Counted from the stretch's first letter, positions 8,604 through 19,290 are shown. The stretch is 32,000 nt of DNA from Candidatus Saccharibacteria bacterium oral taxon 488 (GCA_010202845.1 CP047921.1:540001-572000), one strand, 5' to 3'. The notes: generated from the letters alone by a model not told the origin. A program made the numbers and translations.

Positions 8604-9041
8604 CTACAATTGTTTGGCGAAGGCATTAGTGCTACGCACGACCGCGCCTTTTTTCAAGTAGAATCGCTGCGCTGCTTCACGTTCTGGGCGCGATGTGAAT
8701 TCTAATTTCAAGGCACCCTGCTCGCGGCCCCAGTCGATGACAGCGTCCCAGAGTCGAGAACCAACACCCTTACCCTGTACATTCGGGTCGGTCACAAAAT
8801 CGTCGAGGTAGATTTTGCGCCCAGCAGCCGGCCCGAGTAGCAGTGCTGCCGTTGCCATGCCGACAATCTTGCCCGATAGCCGCGCCAATAGCAGCACATG
8901 ACTTGGCGAGTCAATGATCTGCTGCAATAACTCAGCATCAGCTGGGTGCGGCTTACTAGTGAGTGCCGCGATGAGGTTAGTGATGTCTGCCACATCAGAT
9001 TCGGCGATGTGGGATGCGCGTTCAATTGTCAATTCGTCCAT
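8604..9041 (-). CDS. GNAT family N-acetyltransferase
   Basis: 145 aa. Acetyl-CoA binding motif QGKGVGSRLWDAVIDWGREQGA. Confidence 0.85.
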   Translation of the reverse strand: MDELTIERASHIAESDVADITNLIAALTSKPHPADAELLQQIIDSPSHVLLLARLSGKIVGMATAALLLGPAAGRKIYLDDFVTDPNVQGKGVGSRLWDAVIDWGREQGALKLEFTSRPEREAAQRFYLKKGAVVRSTNAFAKQL

Positions 9042-9055
9042 GCTTCCATTATACT
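9026..9055 (+). promoter_or_regulatory. Promoter TTGTCA-N18-TATACT ending 6 nt before the pta ATG; overlaps the divergent GNAT -10 box
   Basis: TTGTCA at 9026-9031 and TATACT at 9050-9055, with the ATG at 9062. On the minus strand TATAAT (9053-9048) lies 6 nt before the GNAT ATG (9041). Neither gene has an SD. Confidence 0.45.
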
Positions 9056-9061
9056 ATACTC

Positions 9062-9901
9062 ATGAATCAGCACATACGAGACTTAGCAAAAATTTTAGCT
9101 TCAAATCCGCCGCGCGTGGTATTTCCTGAGGGCGATAATCACATCATCCAGCAGGCAGCGCGCGCACTAGAAGAAAGTGGTGCGGTGCAGCCGGTGCTGC
9201 TTGATGGGAAAGAGGACGCTATCAGTCGCGGTGCGACGATGCTAACGAGCGGCGAGGCTGACGTTATGGTGGCTGGGATTGATCATCCAACGAAAGACGT
9301 GCTGCGAGCTGGACTCAAAATTGTTGGGCTGGCACCTGATATTCGGTATGCATCCAGCTTTTTCGTGATAGACATTCCACAGTTTCAGGGTGGCGAACAA
9401 GGTTTATTGCTCTTTGCCGACTGCGGCATGAACATTCAGCCAAACGCCGAGCAACTGGCGGCAATTGCTGTGGCTTCAGCGGGTAGTGCAGCGTCACTTG
9501 GCTGGGAGCCGCGCGTGGCTATGTTGTCATACTCAACGAAAGGCAGCGCTGGTGGCGACAGTGTCGAGCTCGTCACGCAGGCACTACGGCTCGTCAAAAC
9601 AGAGAGACCCGATATATTAATTGATGGCGAACTGCAATTAGACGCGGCAATCGTCCCGGCTATCGGCCAGAAAAAATCACCGGACAGTCCGGTTGCTGGC
9701 AGAGCTAATGTCCTTGTTTTCCCTAATCTTGATTCTGGCAATATCGCTTATAAGCTAGCCGAACACCTGGCTGGCGGCCATGCATACGGGCCGATCTTGC
9801 AGGGTTTTGCTCGGCCAATCAGCGACCTATCTCGCGGCTCCAGCGTTGATGATGTGATTGGCGCCACGCTTATTACTGCCAGTATGGCGCGAACTTCATA
9901 G
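9062..9901 (+). CDS. pta: Phosphate acetyltransferase (phosphotransacetylase)
   Basis: The N-terminus PPRVVFPEGDNHIIQQAARAL and the C-terminus VLVFPNLDSGNIAYKL...GPILQGFARPISDLSRGSSVDDV are typical of the Pta/PTA_PTB family. Start set to the ATG at 9062; the ORF-track start at 9014 would overlap the GNAT gene. Confidence 0.85.
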   Translation: MNQHIRDLAKILASNPPRVVFPEGDNHIIQQAARALEESGAVQPVLLDGKEDAISRGATMLTSGEADVMVAGIDHPTKDVLRAGLKIVGLAPDIRYASSFFVIDIPQFQGGEQGLLLFADCGMNIQPNAEQLAAIAVASAGSAASLGWEPRVAMLSYSTKGSAGGDSVELVTQALRLVKTERPDILIDGELQLDAAIVPAIGQKKSPDSPVAGRANVLVFPNLDSGNIAYKLAEHLAGGHAYGPILQGFARPISDLSRGSSVDDVIGATLITASMARTS

Positions 9902-9908
9902 AAACCAG

Positions 9909-10478
9909 CTACTGCGCGATATACCACTGCGCAAATTGATGCCATTGCTGCAGCGTGTCGGTTCTGACCGCCAAGCCTTGGTCGCGCCGATCAAACACCT
10001 CGGACATCGTCAGGCCGTTACTACCATCCATCGTAATAATCTTGTTAACCGACGCACCACTCTTGCCACGCGGCGGAGCGACAAACTTCCCCGGCTGATC
10101 AAAGATAAACGTCTGTAGAGTATGCCCGTCGTAATAAGCAACAATGTCATGGAGAATAATCTGCCAATCATCTTTGTCGCGTAGCAAAGCTAAAAAATCT
10201 TCGGGCATCAACCAGTGCGCGATATCTTTCATGTAGCCACCCGGAAAGCCACCGAGCGCGGGCACTTCCCAATTACTATCGTTGACAACAACCGGCTCGC
10301 CAACCTTCTCGTACGCTGCCCGAACCTTAGCCTCGGTAATTTTTAATGGATCACGGTGCTGGATCTCATCAATATCTAGATTAATAATCTCCACCGCTAT
10401 GTCGTATTGGCTAAGCGTGGCCGTTGCTTCCTCAATTTTACGCGGATTACCAGTGACGAGATTGATATGTTTTGTCAT
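9909..10478 (-). CDS. Divergent Ham1/ITPase-fold protein (putative non-canonical NTP pyrophosphatase)
   Basis: 189 aa from the ATG at 10478 (MTKHINLVTGNPRKIEE..., compare the Ham1 N-terminus xxFxTGNxxK). The central segment is NDSNWEVPALGGFPGGY versus the canonical DDSGLxVxALxGxPGxY. The FG(W/Y)D motif is absent. An alternative TTG start at 10550 overlaps the upstream stop as TTGA. Confidence 0.6.
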   Translation of the reverse strand: MTKHINLVTGNPRKIEEATATLSQYDIAVEIINLDIDEIQHRDPLKITEAKVRAAYEKVGEPVVVNDSNWEVPALGGFPGGYMKDIAHWLMPEDFLALLRDKDDWQIILHDIVAYYDGHTLQTFIFDQPGKFVAPPRGKSGASVNKIITMDGSNGLTMSEVFDRRDQGLAVRTDTLQQWHQFAQWYIAQ

Positions 10479-10485
10479 GGGGTTT

Positions 10486-10494
10486 ATTATAGCA
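10486..10494 (-). promoter_or_regulatory. Extended -10 box TGCTATAAT 7 nt upstream of the ATG at 10478
   Basis: Minus strand reads TGCTATAAT-AAACCCC-ATG, with no SD. It lies in the only sizeable gap (68 nt) of the five-gene cluster. Confidence 0.4.
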
Positions 10495-10546
10495 TTTCTT
10501 ATTTTAGTGTAGCCGTAGCACTGGTTTTGCCATAGGGAATCCTTCG

Positions 10547-10897
10547 TCAACCAACCTCACTCAGCGCCTTTATAATATCCTCATCCCGTGAGACCGCACG
10601 AACGTTTGGTAGTTGTAAAAACCATTTCGGGTTATCATGAACAACGACCACTGGTTTACCAAGCGCTATCGCCATGCCAACTTCGTAGCGTGCGCTCTCC
10701 TGGTCGGATTCCCATAGATACACCAAAACATCGGCAGTGCGAATGGCCTGAACCTCATCTTCTGGGCCGAAATTTGTCTCGTCGTCTTTGTAATTATAAT
10801 ACCAATTGCACGGAATGCTATAGCCGGAGGCCTCTAAAGTTGCCGCCACGCGATTCGCCCTGTCGAGATTTTTGCCAGCTAGGTAGATCACTTTCAT
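10547..10897 (-). CDS. Nucleoside 2-deoxyribosyltransferase-like (NDT/Rcl-fold) small protein
   Basis: 116 aa. N-terminal MKVIYLAG and C-terminal ADVLVYLWESDQESARYEVGMAIALGKPVVVV match the NDT-superfamily pattern (Rossmann-like fold, conserved Glu, GKPV). Assigned from motifs only. Confidence 0.55.
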   Translation of the reverse strand: MKVIYLAGKNLDRANRVAATLEASGYSIPCNWYYNYKDDETNFGPEDEVQAIRTADVLVYLWESDQESARYEVGMAIALGKPVVVVHDNPKWFLQLPNVRAVSRDEDIIKALSEVG

Positions 10898-10917
10898 ATA
10901 TAAATAATAGCATGTGT

Positions 10918-11475
10918 TTATTCAAGTGTGGCGAGAAATTGGCGGACGACATCGATTGGCTTGAATAAGCGGTACGTCTCAGCGTCCTCATCTGGCGTTA
11001 ATTCGGCACGAGTTTTACCCTCGTAGCCATCCGGGCAAAATATTTTATCCCAGCCAAAGCCGCCATCGCCGGCAGGGTGCTTGGCGATGACGCCACCAAG
11101 TTCAGCGCGGAATAGTTTGACCTGCTCGCCGTCACAATAGCCAAACACACATGCCGCCACTGCCGATCGATCGCCAAAGCCATCAAGCATCCGGCAAAGA
11201 TTCTCTAAACCGTTCGGCGCCTCCACAAAAAACTTAATAAACGGACCCGGCAGTCCTCCCAATGCTGTAAACTCAAGCGCCACATCCTCAATCAAAACCG
11301 GACATTTGGCGATTTTATACGCCTGACGCACCTTATGCTCAACGACTTCCTCCAAACTAGTTGATTGAATCTCTGCTAAATCAACCGCCCGATGTTTCAG
11401 CGGTAGACCTAGCATGCGCGATAAATAATCTGCTTTGTGCTGATTGCCGGTGATAAAAGTGATTGTCTTCATCAC
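10918..11475 (-). CDS. Ham1/ITPA-type inosine/xanthosine triphosphate pyrophosphatase
   Basis: 185 aa. ITFITGNQHK, PVLIEDVALEFTALGGLPGPFIKFF and GGFGWDKIF are canonical ITPase motifs. The start is GTG 11475 or ATG 11472. Confidence 0.85.
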   Translation of the reverse strand: MMKTITFITGNQHKADYLSRMLGLPLKHRAVDLAEIQSTSLEEVVEHKVRQAYKIAKCPVLIEDVALEFTALGGLPGPFIKFFVEAPNGLENLCRMLDGFGDRSAVAACVFGYCDGEQVKLFRAELGGVIAKHPAGDGGFGWDKIFCPDGYEGKTRAELTPDEDAETYRLFKPIDVVRQFLATLE

Positions 11476-11477
11476 GC

Positions 11478-12134
11478 TTACACCTGAGCTTTGGAGTTTA
11501 TTTTCTGAAATCGCGGCACAGATTTCCCGTCCAGTACTATTGTTTCCGTAAACATACTGACGGGGCGGGCGAATAGTTCATATTCATTTTCATAGAGAGG
11601 TCGATAGATCACCAAAAGATCTTCCGTCTCAGTTTCCAATGCGAGGCCGATCACCTTGTATAGCTTGCCTGATTTGCTGTGCCGGTATACACCCTTGCTA
11701 ATCCTCGTACAATGGCTCTGCTCTTCGCTATCCACTGTTTCTTCATGATACTTCCCTGGCTGAGCACGCAGTACTTCCACCCATCTACTGTCATCCGTAA
11801 AATCATTGTATTCAATATAGTGCCGATTATCAAAACCGCCATTATCCTGCTTTTTATGCACCATCGCCTCCTGGACTTGCTCTATAGAAAAGCCAAAGGC
11901 CTGGCGCAGCGCGTCAACGACTTCTTGCAAATCAGCCAGCTCTTTGAGCGATTCATCACGCTGACTATCATCCAGCGGAATCTCATCTACCTCCTCGTGA
12001 ACCTTGCGGAGCAGCTCGCGGCGAAACGCTTGCTTGTCTAATGTCCGGTACTCCGTATGCAAAAATTCTGGATCATCCAGGCACTTTTTTACCACTTTGT
12101 CGCGAACTAACTTTTGTAAGTAAAATCGGATCAT
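11478..12134 (-). CDS. MazG-like all-alpha NTP pyrophosphohydrolase (COG4997-type) fused to a DUF1653 domain
   Basis: 218 aa. The N-terminal half (QKLVRDKV...VHEEVDE...LKELADLQEVVDAL...KKQDNGGFD) resembles house-cleaning MazG/PRA-PH-like enzymes. The C-terminal approximately 70 aa (YRHSKSGKLYKVIGLALETETEDLLVIYRPLYENEYELFARPVSMF...VPRFQKI) matches the DUF1653 pattern. GGAGGT lies 6 nt upstream. Confidence 0.7.
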   Translation of the reverse strand: MIRFYLQKLVRDKVVKKCLDDPEFLHTEYRTLDKQAFRRELLRKVHEEVDEIPLDDSQRDESLKELADLQEVVDALRQAFGFSIEQVQEAMVHKKQDNGGFDNRHYIEYNDFTDDSRWVEVLRAQPGKYHEETVDSEEQSHCTRISKGVYRHSKSGKLYKVIGLALETETEDLLVIYRPLYENEYELFARPVSMFTETIVLDGKSVPRFQKINSKAQV

Positions 12135-12138
12135 CTAG

Positions 12139-12543
12139 TTACCTCCGTTGGGTTAATGTTTCGACGCCATCTTCATAAACCAATTCGCCAATCTCAACTT
12201 CGTAAATATGCTTGTCGTTACGAAACGCAAAAAATCGGACGGCTTTATGTTGCTGCCAGGCTTGAACTATTTCCGCCCGCACACCATCAGCGATGTCGCC
12301 AAATACCCACAGCTCATCAGCGCGCGCCACCAGCGTATTATTGGCGCGCCGCACCGTGTCACGCTCCACCGCGTCGAGTAGAAAATAGTCAAAACTGGTA
12401 AACGGATTGATTGGCACAACGCCTTGCTCAAGCGCAAATTTCGTTACGAAAAATCTCATGTAAAAATACTTCTTGGACATCGCCGTAAATATAACCGTGT
12501 CGGCGGGTTTGATGGTGAGGGCGCGATGTGATTGCTGAGTCAT
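12139..12543 (-). CDS. Small NDT-like/DUF1937-like flavodoxin-fold protein (tentative)
   Basis: 134 aa. GGAGGT lies 7 nt upstream of the ATG at 12543. ADELWVFGDIADGVRAEIVQAWQQHKAVRFF resembles the C-terminal ...G..S.G...E...A...gkPV signature of NDT-superfamily proteins. The N-terminal motif is divergent, so the family call is weak. Confidence 0.4.
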   Translation of the reverse strand: MTQQSHRALTIKPADTVIFTAMSKKYFYMRFFVTKFALEQGVVPINPFTSFDYFLLDAVERDTVRRANNTLVARADELWVFGDIADGVRAEIVQAWQQHKAVRFFAFRNDKHIYEVEIGELVYEDGVETLTQRR

Positions 12544-12557
12544 GGTTATTACCTCCG

Positions 12558-15684
<3,127 letters not shown>

Positions 15685-15686
15685 GA

Positions 15687-16562
15687 TTACATCTTCGTTG
15701 CATTACTTCGCAGACGTGCGATTCGATCTTCTAGTGGCGGATGGGTGCTAAATAACTTTGAGAAAAAGCCAGGACGCAGCGGATTATTCATAAACAAGTT
15801 CGCTGTTGAAGTACTCTGCCTGCGCATTGGCCGACCATAACTTTGTAATTTCTCCAGTGCCATCGCCAACCCCTCCGAGTCGCGAGTCAAGAGCGCGCCC
15901 GAAGCATCCGCGAGATACTCGCGCTGGCGGCTGACTGCCAGTTGCGTAATCGTTGCTAAAATCGGTGCCAAGATTACTACTATAATACCCACGATGTAGA
16001 CAATCGGGCTGGTATCCCCGTCATCATCATCGCCATATATCATCATCCGGAGTGCGATATCAGCAAGCAACCCAATAGCACTCACCAACCCAAAGGCAAT
16101 CATACTAACGCGAATATCGTAATTACGCACATGACTCATCTCGTGCGCCATCACCGCCTCGAGTTCGCGCTTGTCCATAATTTCCAACAGCCCAGTAGTC
16201 GCACCGACGATAGCGTGCTTTGGATCGCGGCCCGTCGCAAACGCGTTTGGCGCTGGATCGTCAATAATGTAGACTTTTGGCATCGGCATGCCGGAAGCAA
16301 TCGCGAGGTTTTCTACTACTCGCCACAGCTCCGGCGCATCCTTCTTTTCAATCTGCTGCGCACCGCTCATCGCCATGGCCAATTTACCAGCGATATAATA
16401 TTGTAACCACGCATAAAGCAGCGCACAACCGACAATGATCAACGACAATGAATAGTTCCGTAGATACATACCGACCAGTACACCGATTACGCCGATAATC
16501 GCCACAAACACTGCCATGATCAGCACGGTGTTTCGCTTATTATGAGAAATTGCACTATACAT
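15687..16562 (-). CDS. htpX: M48 family zinc metalloprotease HtpX
   Basis: 291 aa. HEXXH motif HEMSHVRNYD, N-terminal TM helices, and the C-terminal STHPPLEDRI motif. Confidence 0.9.
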   Translation of the reverse strand: MYSAISHNKRNTVLIMAVFVAIIGVIGVLVGMYLRNYSLSLIIVGCALLYAWLQYYIAGKLAMAMSGAQQIEKKDAPELWRVVENLAIASGMPMPKVYIIDDPAPNAFATGRDPKHAIVGATTGLLEIMDKRELEAVMAHEMSHVRNYDIRVSMIAFGLVSAIGLLADIALRMMIYGDDDDGDTSPIVYIVGIIVVILAPILATITQLAVSRQREYLADASGALLTRDSEGLAMALEKLQSYGRPMRRQSTSTANLFMNNPLRPGFFSKLFSTHPPLEDRIARLRSNATKM

Positions 16563-16575
16563 GTAGTTATTATAC

Positions 16576-16606
16576 CAAAAACCGCCCGCCGAAAACAGGC
16601 GAGCGG
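16576..16606 (-). terminator. Rho-independent terminator after lemA
   Basis: Minus strand reads CCGCUCGCC-UGUUUUC-GGCGGGCGG followed by UUUUUGG. A TATAAT-like GGTATAAT follows directly. Confidence 0.6.
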
Positions 16607-16633
16607 CCTAGTTCAGGCAAAGATTATCCTGCC

Positions 16634-17203
16634 TTAGAATTTCACCTCGACTGGATTCTCAACACTTGCTCGATCAGCAACCTCAAAGAATTCTTTTGCC
16701 TGGAAGCCGAACATGCCGGCAACCATGTTAGCTGGGAACCTTTGAATCCTTGTGTTCAAATCGCGAACGCCGCCATTATAAAAGCGACGCGATGCCTGAA
16801 TCTTATCCTCAGTGTCAACCAGTTCTTGCTGTAGCTGCAAGAAGTTCTCATTAGCCTTCAGTTCCGGATACGCCTCAGCGACAGCGAACAGGCTCTTTAG
16901 GGCACCCTCTAACATATTCTCCGCCTGAGCCGTATCAGCCACGCCTTTGGCACCCATAATAGCCGACCGCGCTTCAGTAACCTTTTCAAATACTTCTTTC
17001 TCGTGCGTGGCGTAGCCCTTGACTGAGTTAACCAGGTTTGGAATCAAGTCAGTCCGGCGTTTGAGCTGGACAGTGATATCACTCCATGCTTCCTCGACGC
17101 GGTTACGCAGCGTCACCAGTCCGTTGTACGTACCGATCAAAAACGCCACGATCAGAACGATAACGACACCAACGATAATTAAGGTTATTATTACTGCATC
17201 CAT
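16634..17203 (-). CDS. lemA: LemA family protein
   Basis: 189 aa. N-terminal TM helix and LemA motifs (YNGLVTLRNRVEEAWSDI..QLKRRTDLIPNLV, RRFYNGGVRDLNTRIQRFP). AAGGAG lies upstream. Confidence 0.9.
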   Translation of the reverse strand: MDAVIITLIIVGVVIVLIVAFLIGTYNGLVTLRNRVEEAWSDITVQLKRRTDLIPNLVNSVKGYATHEKEVFEKVTEARSAIMGAKGVADTAQAENMLEGALKSLFAVAEAYPELKANENFLQLQQELVDTEDKIQASRRFYNGGVRDLNTRIQRFPANMVAGMFGFQAKEFFEVADRASVENPVEVKF

Positions 17204-17291
17204 GTTCTATTCTCCTTATGGTTAGTACCTTATACACATAATTATACCATACACACGAGTCGTATAGTGGCAAAATCATGCCAACTCATTG

Positions 17292-17321
17292 TTGACACGC
17301 AGCGCATCATAGTCGTATACT
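17292..17321 (+). promoter_or_regulatory. Sigma70-type promoter TTGACA-N18-TATACT for the AbrB/ABC operon
   Basis: TTGACA at 17292-17297 and TATACT at 17316-17321. Confidence 0.5.
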
Positions 17322-17361
17322 TATTCATATAAATCATATTTATATGAAAGAAAGGAATTAT

Positions 17362-17577
17362 ATGACAAAACCAAAGAGTAGACATGCTTGGACAGTCAAG
17401 GTTGGCGAACGCGGGCAAATTGTGATACCCAAAGAGGCACGAGATATTTTTAATATCAAGCCTGGCGATACACTTATCATGCTCGGCGACAAGCAGCAAG
17501 GAATTGCTATTCCGACTAAGAATAAAGTCATTGATACAATCACCGCCGTACTCAATGATACGGAGATGAAATCATGA
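17362..17577 (+). CDS. AbrB/MazE/SpoVT family DNA-binding protein
   Basis: SpoVT-AbrB swapped-hairpin motif VKVGERGQIVIPKEARDIFNIKPGDTL. The ATG at 17362 is preferred (GAAAGGAA upstream); the alternative is ATG 17344. The stop overlaps the ABC ATPase start (ATGA). Confidence 0.8.
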   Translation: MTKPKSRHAWTVKVGERGQIVIPKEARDIFNIKPGDTLIMLGDKQQGIAIPTKNKVIDTITAVLNDTEMKS

Positions 17578-18299
17578 ATGCAATCACTGCGACCAACTTA
17601 ACAAAACGCTACGGTGACTTTGTCGCAGTCGACAGCCTTAATCTATCAATTGAAAAGGGTGAGTTATTTTCACTACTTGGTGTCAATGGTGCGGGTAAGA
17701 CGACATTGATTAAAATGTTATCTTGCTTAAGCCAACCAACACAAGGTGATGCTATTTTACTCGGCAATAGTATTACCGAAAAACCTCAGGCAGTCAAACA
17801 GATGATCAACGTTTCACCACAAGAAACTGCTGTAGCTGGTAATTTATCAGTCCGCGAGAATCTCGAACTGATCGCTGGACTCTACGGACAATCTGCTCAT
17901 AACGCCAGTGAGAGCGCCTCGCGTATGGCAAGCCAATTCAAGCTCGAAACTGTCGAACATAAAAAAGCTAAGCATTTGTCTGGCGGCATGCAGCGACGCC
18001 TGTCGATCGCCATGGCGCTCATCTCAAATCCAAAAATATTATTCATTGACGAACCAACGCTAGGTCTTGATATTTTTTCGCGCCGTGAGTTATGGGGGGC
18101 AATTGAGTCACTCAAAGGTACAGTGACGACGCTGCTCACAACCCACTATCTCGAGGAAATTGAAGCATTGTCTGATCGTGTCGGCGTTATGGCGCGCGGC
18201 AAGCTCGTGGCGATCGGTACAGTAGCAGAACTGCAAAAACAAACCAATACGCACACTCTCGAGGATGCGTTTGTCGCACTTGTAGGAGGTATTCGATGA
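17574..18299 (+). CDS. ABC transporter ATP-binding protein
   Basis: Walker A GVNGAGKTT, signature LSGGMQRRL and Walker B ILFIDEPT. Confidence 0.92.
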   Translation: MNAITATNLTKRYGDFVAVDSLNLSIEKGELFSLLGVNGAGKTTLIKMLSCLSQPTQGDAILLGNSITEKPQAVKQMINVSPQETAVAGNLSVRENLELIAGLYGQSAHNASESASRMASQFKLETVEHKKAKHLSGGMQRRLSIAMALISNPKILFIDEPTLGLDIFSRRELWGAIESLKGTVTTLLTTHYLEEIEALSDRVGVMARGKLVAIGTVAELQKQTNTHTLEDAFVALVGGIR

Positions 18300-19045
18300 G
18301 ATCATTACTATTTGCTAAACGCTGTACAAAAGAAGTTGTACGCGATCCGATCAATCTATTCTTTGGATTAGTCTTTCCACTCGTTTTGCTTGGACTGCTC
18401 TCTATTATAAATGCCAGCATTCCCGCCGAAGCCAATAACACTATGTTTGCCATCAGAAATTTGGCACCAGGTATCGCAATGTTCGGTACGGCATTCCTAG
18501 CACTATTCTCAGGCATGCTCCTAGCAAAAGACCGAACCTCGTCATTCCTGATGCGTCTGTTTACCTCGCCTATGACAGCCCGAGATTTTATCATTGGATA
18601 CACAATTCCGATGATTATCATTGCTACCATGCAGGCAGTGATTACCCTCGTTATCGCCTGCTTTATCGGGCTCGACTTTTCAGTGCATATTATTGGGGCA
18701 ATCGTTATTACAACGGTAACGTCGCTTCTATTTGTTGGATGTGGGTTATTCTTCGGCAGTCTCATTAACGAGCGAGCAGTTGGCGGTATATGTGGCGCCC
18801 TGCTCACCAATGTCGCTGGCTGGCTGTCGGGCGTATTTGTCCCGGTTGATCTCATCGGTGGTGGTTTTAAAATGGTTGCGGAAGCACTGCCATTTTACCA
18901 CAGTGTTGCCGCCATTAAAGGCAGCATTGAGGGGAATTGGCAAGTCATCACACCACATCTACTGATCGTTTTGTGTTATACCACCGTTATCTTCACACTC
19001 GCTATCTATATCTTTCGGCGAAAGATGACCGGACGAAACACCTAA
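18296..19045 (+). CDS. ABC-2 type transporter permease
   Basis: 249 aa with about 6 TM helices. Its start overlaps the ATPase stop by 4 nt. The - strand ORF 18187..18855 is an antisense shadow. Confidence 0.85.
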   Translation: MRSLLFAKRCTKEVVRDPINLFFGLVFPLVLLGLLSIINASIPAEANNTMFAIRNLAPGIAMFGTAFLALFSGMLLAKDRTSSFLMRLFTSPMTARDFIIGYTIPMIIIATMQAVITLVIACFIGLDFSVHIIGAIVITTVTSLLFVGCGLFFGSLINERAVGGICGALLTNVAGWLSGVFVPVDLIGGGFKMVAEALPFYHSVAAIKGSIEGNWQVITPHLLIVLCYTTVIFTLAIYIFRRKMTGRNT

Positions 19046-19087
19046 TTTATCTGGGTCTGGCACCCTAGAATTCAACTATTCATAACG

Positions 19088-19114
19088 AAAGCCGCCTTTT
19101 ATCGGCGGCTTTTG
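19088..19114 (+). terminator. Rho-independent terminator of the ABC operon
   Basis: AAAGCCGCC-UUUUAUC-GGCGGCUUUUG. The flanking A and U runs make it potentially bidirectional. Confidence 0.7.
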
Positions 19115-19123
19115 TAACAATTG

Positions 19124-19209
19124 TGGTGCGCGAGGCGGGAATCGAACCCGCACGACTTTTGGTCAAGGGATTTTAAGTCCCTCGCGTCTACCAATTCCGC
19201 CACTCGCGC
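19124..19209 (-). tRNA. tRNA-Leu (anticodon UAA), CCA encoded
   Basis: Reverse complement is GCGCGAGTGGCGGAATTGGTAGACGCGAGGGACTTAAAATCCCTTGACCAAAAGTCGTGCGGGTTCGATTCCCGCCTCGCGCACCA. It has a 7-bp acceptor stem, anticodon loop CUUAAAA, a long variable arm and a GTTCGATTC T-loop. Confidence 0.92.
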
Positions 19210-19290
19210 GTATTTACCATTATTCATGACGTCAAGCCCCCTGCAACATAATTTTAAATATTATGTAGCTAGCACCCGCGTCTACAACAA

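Noticed and set aside
18187-18855. 222-aa minus-strand ORF opposite the ABC-2 permease, and similar long antisense ORFs (4439..4942, 12532..13002, 13326..13724, 29630..30088, 31163..31594)
   Set aside because: All lie entirely inside strongly supported genes on the other strand. They have biased R/S/P/T-rich or otherwise unstructured translations and no RBS, so they are typical shadow ORFs.
19246-19266. AT-only inverted repeat ACATAAT-N7-ATTATGT downstream of the HD gene
   Set aside because: The 7-bp A/T stem is too weak for a confident terminator or operator call, and it has no partner motif elsewhere in the window.
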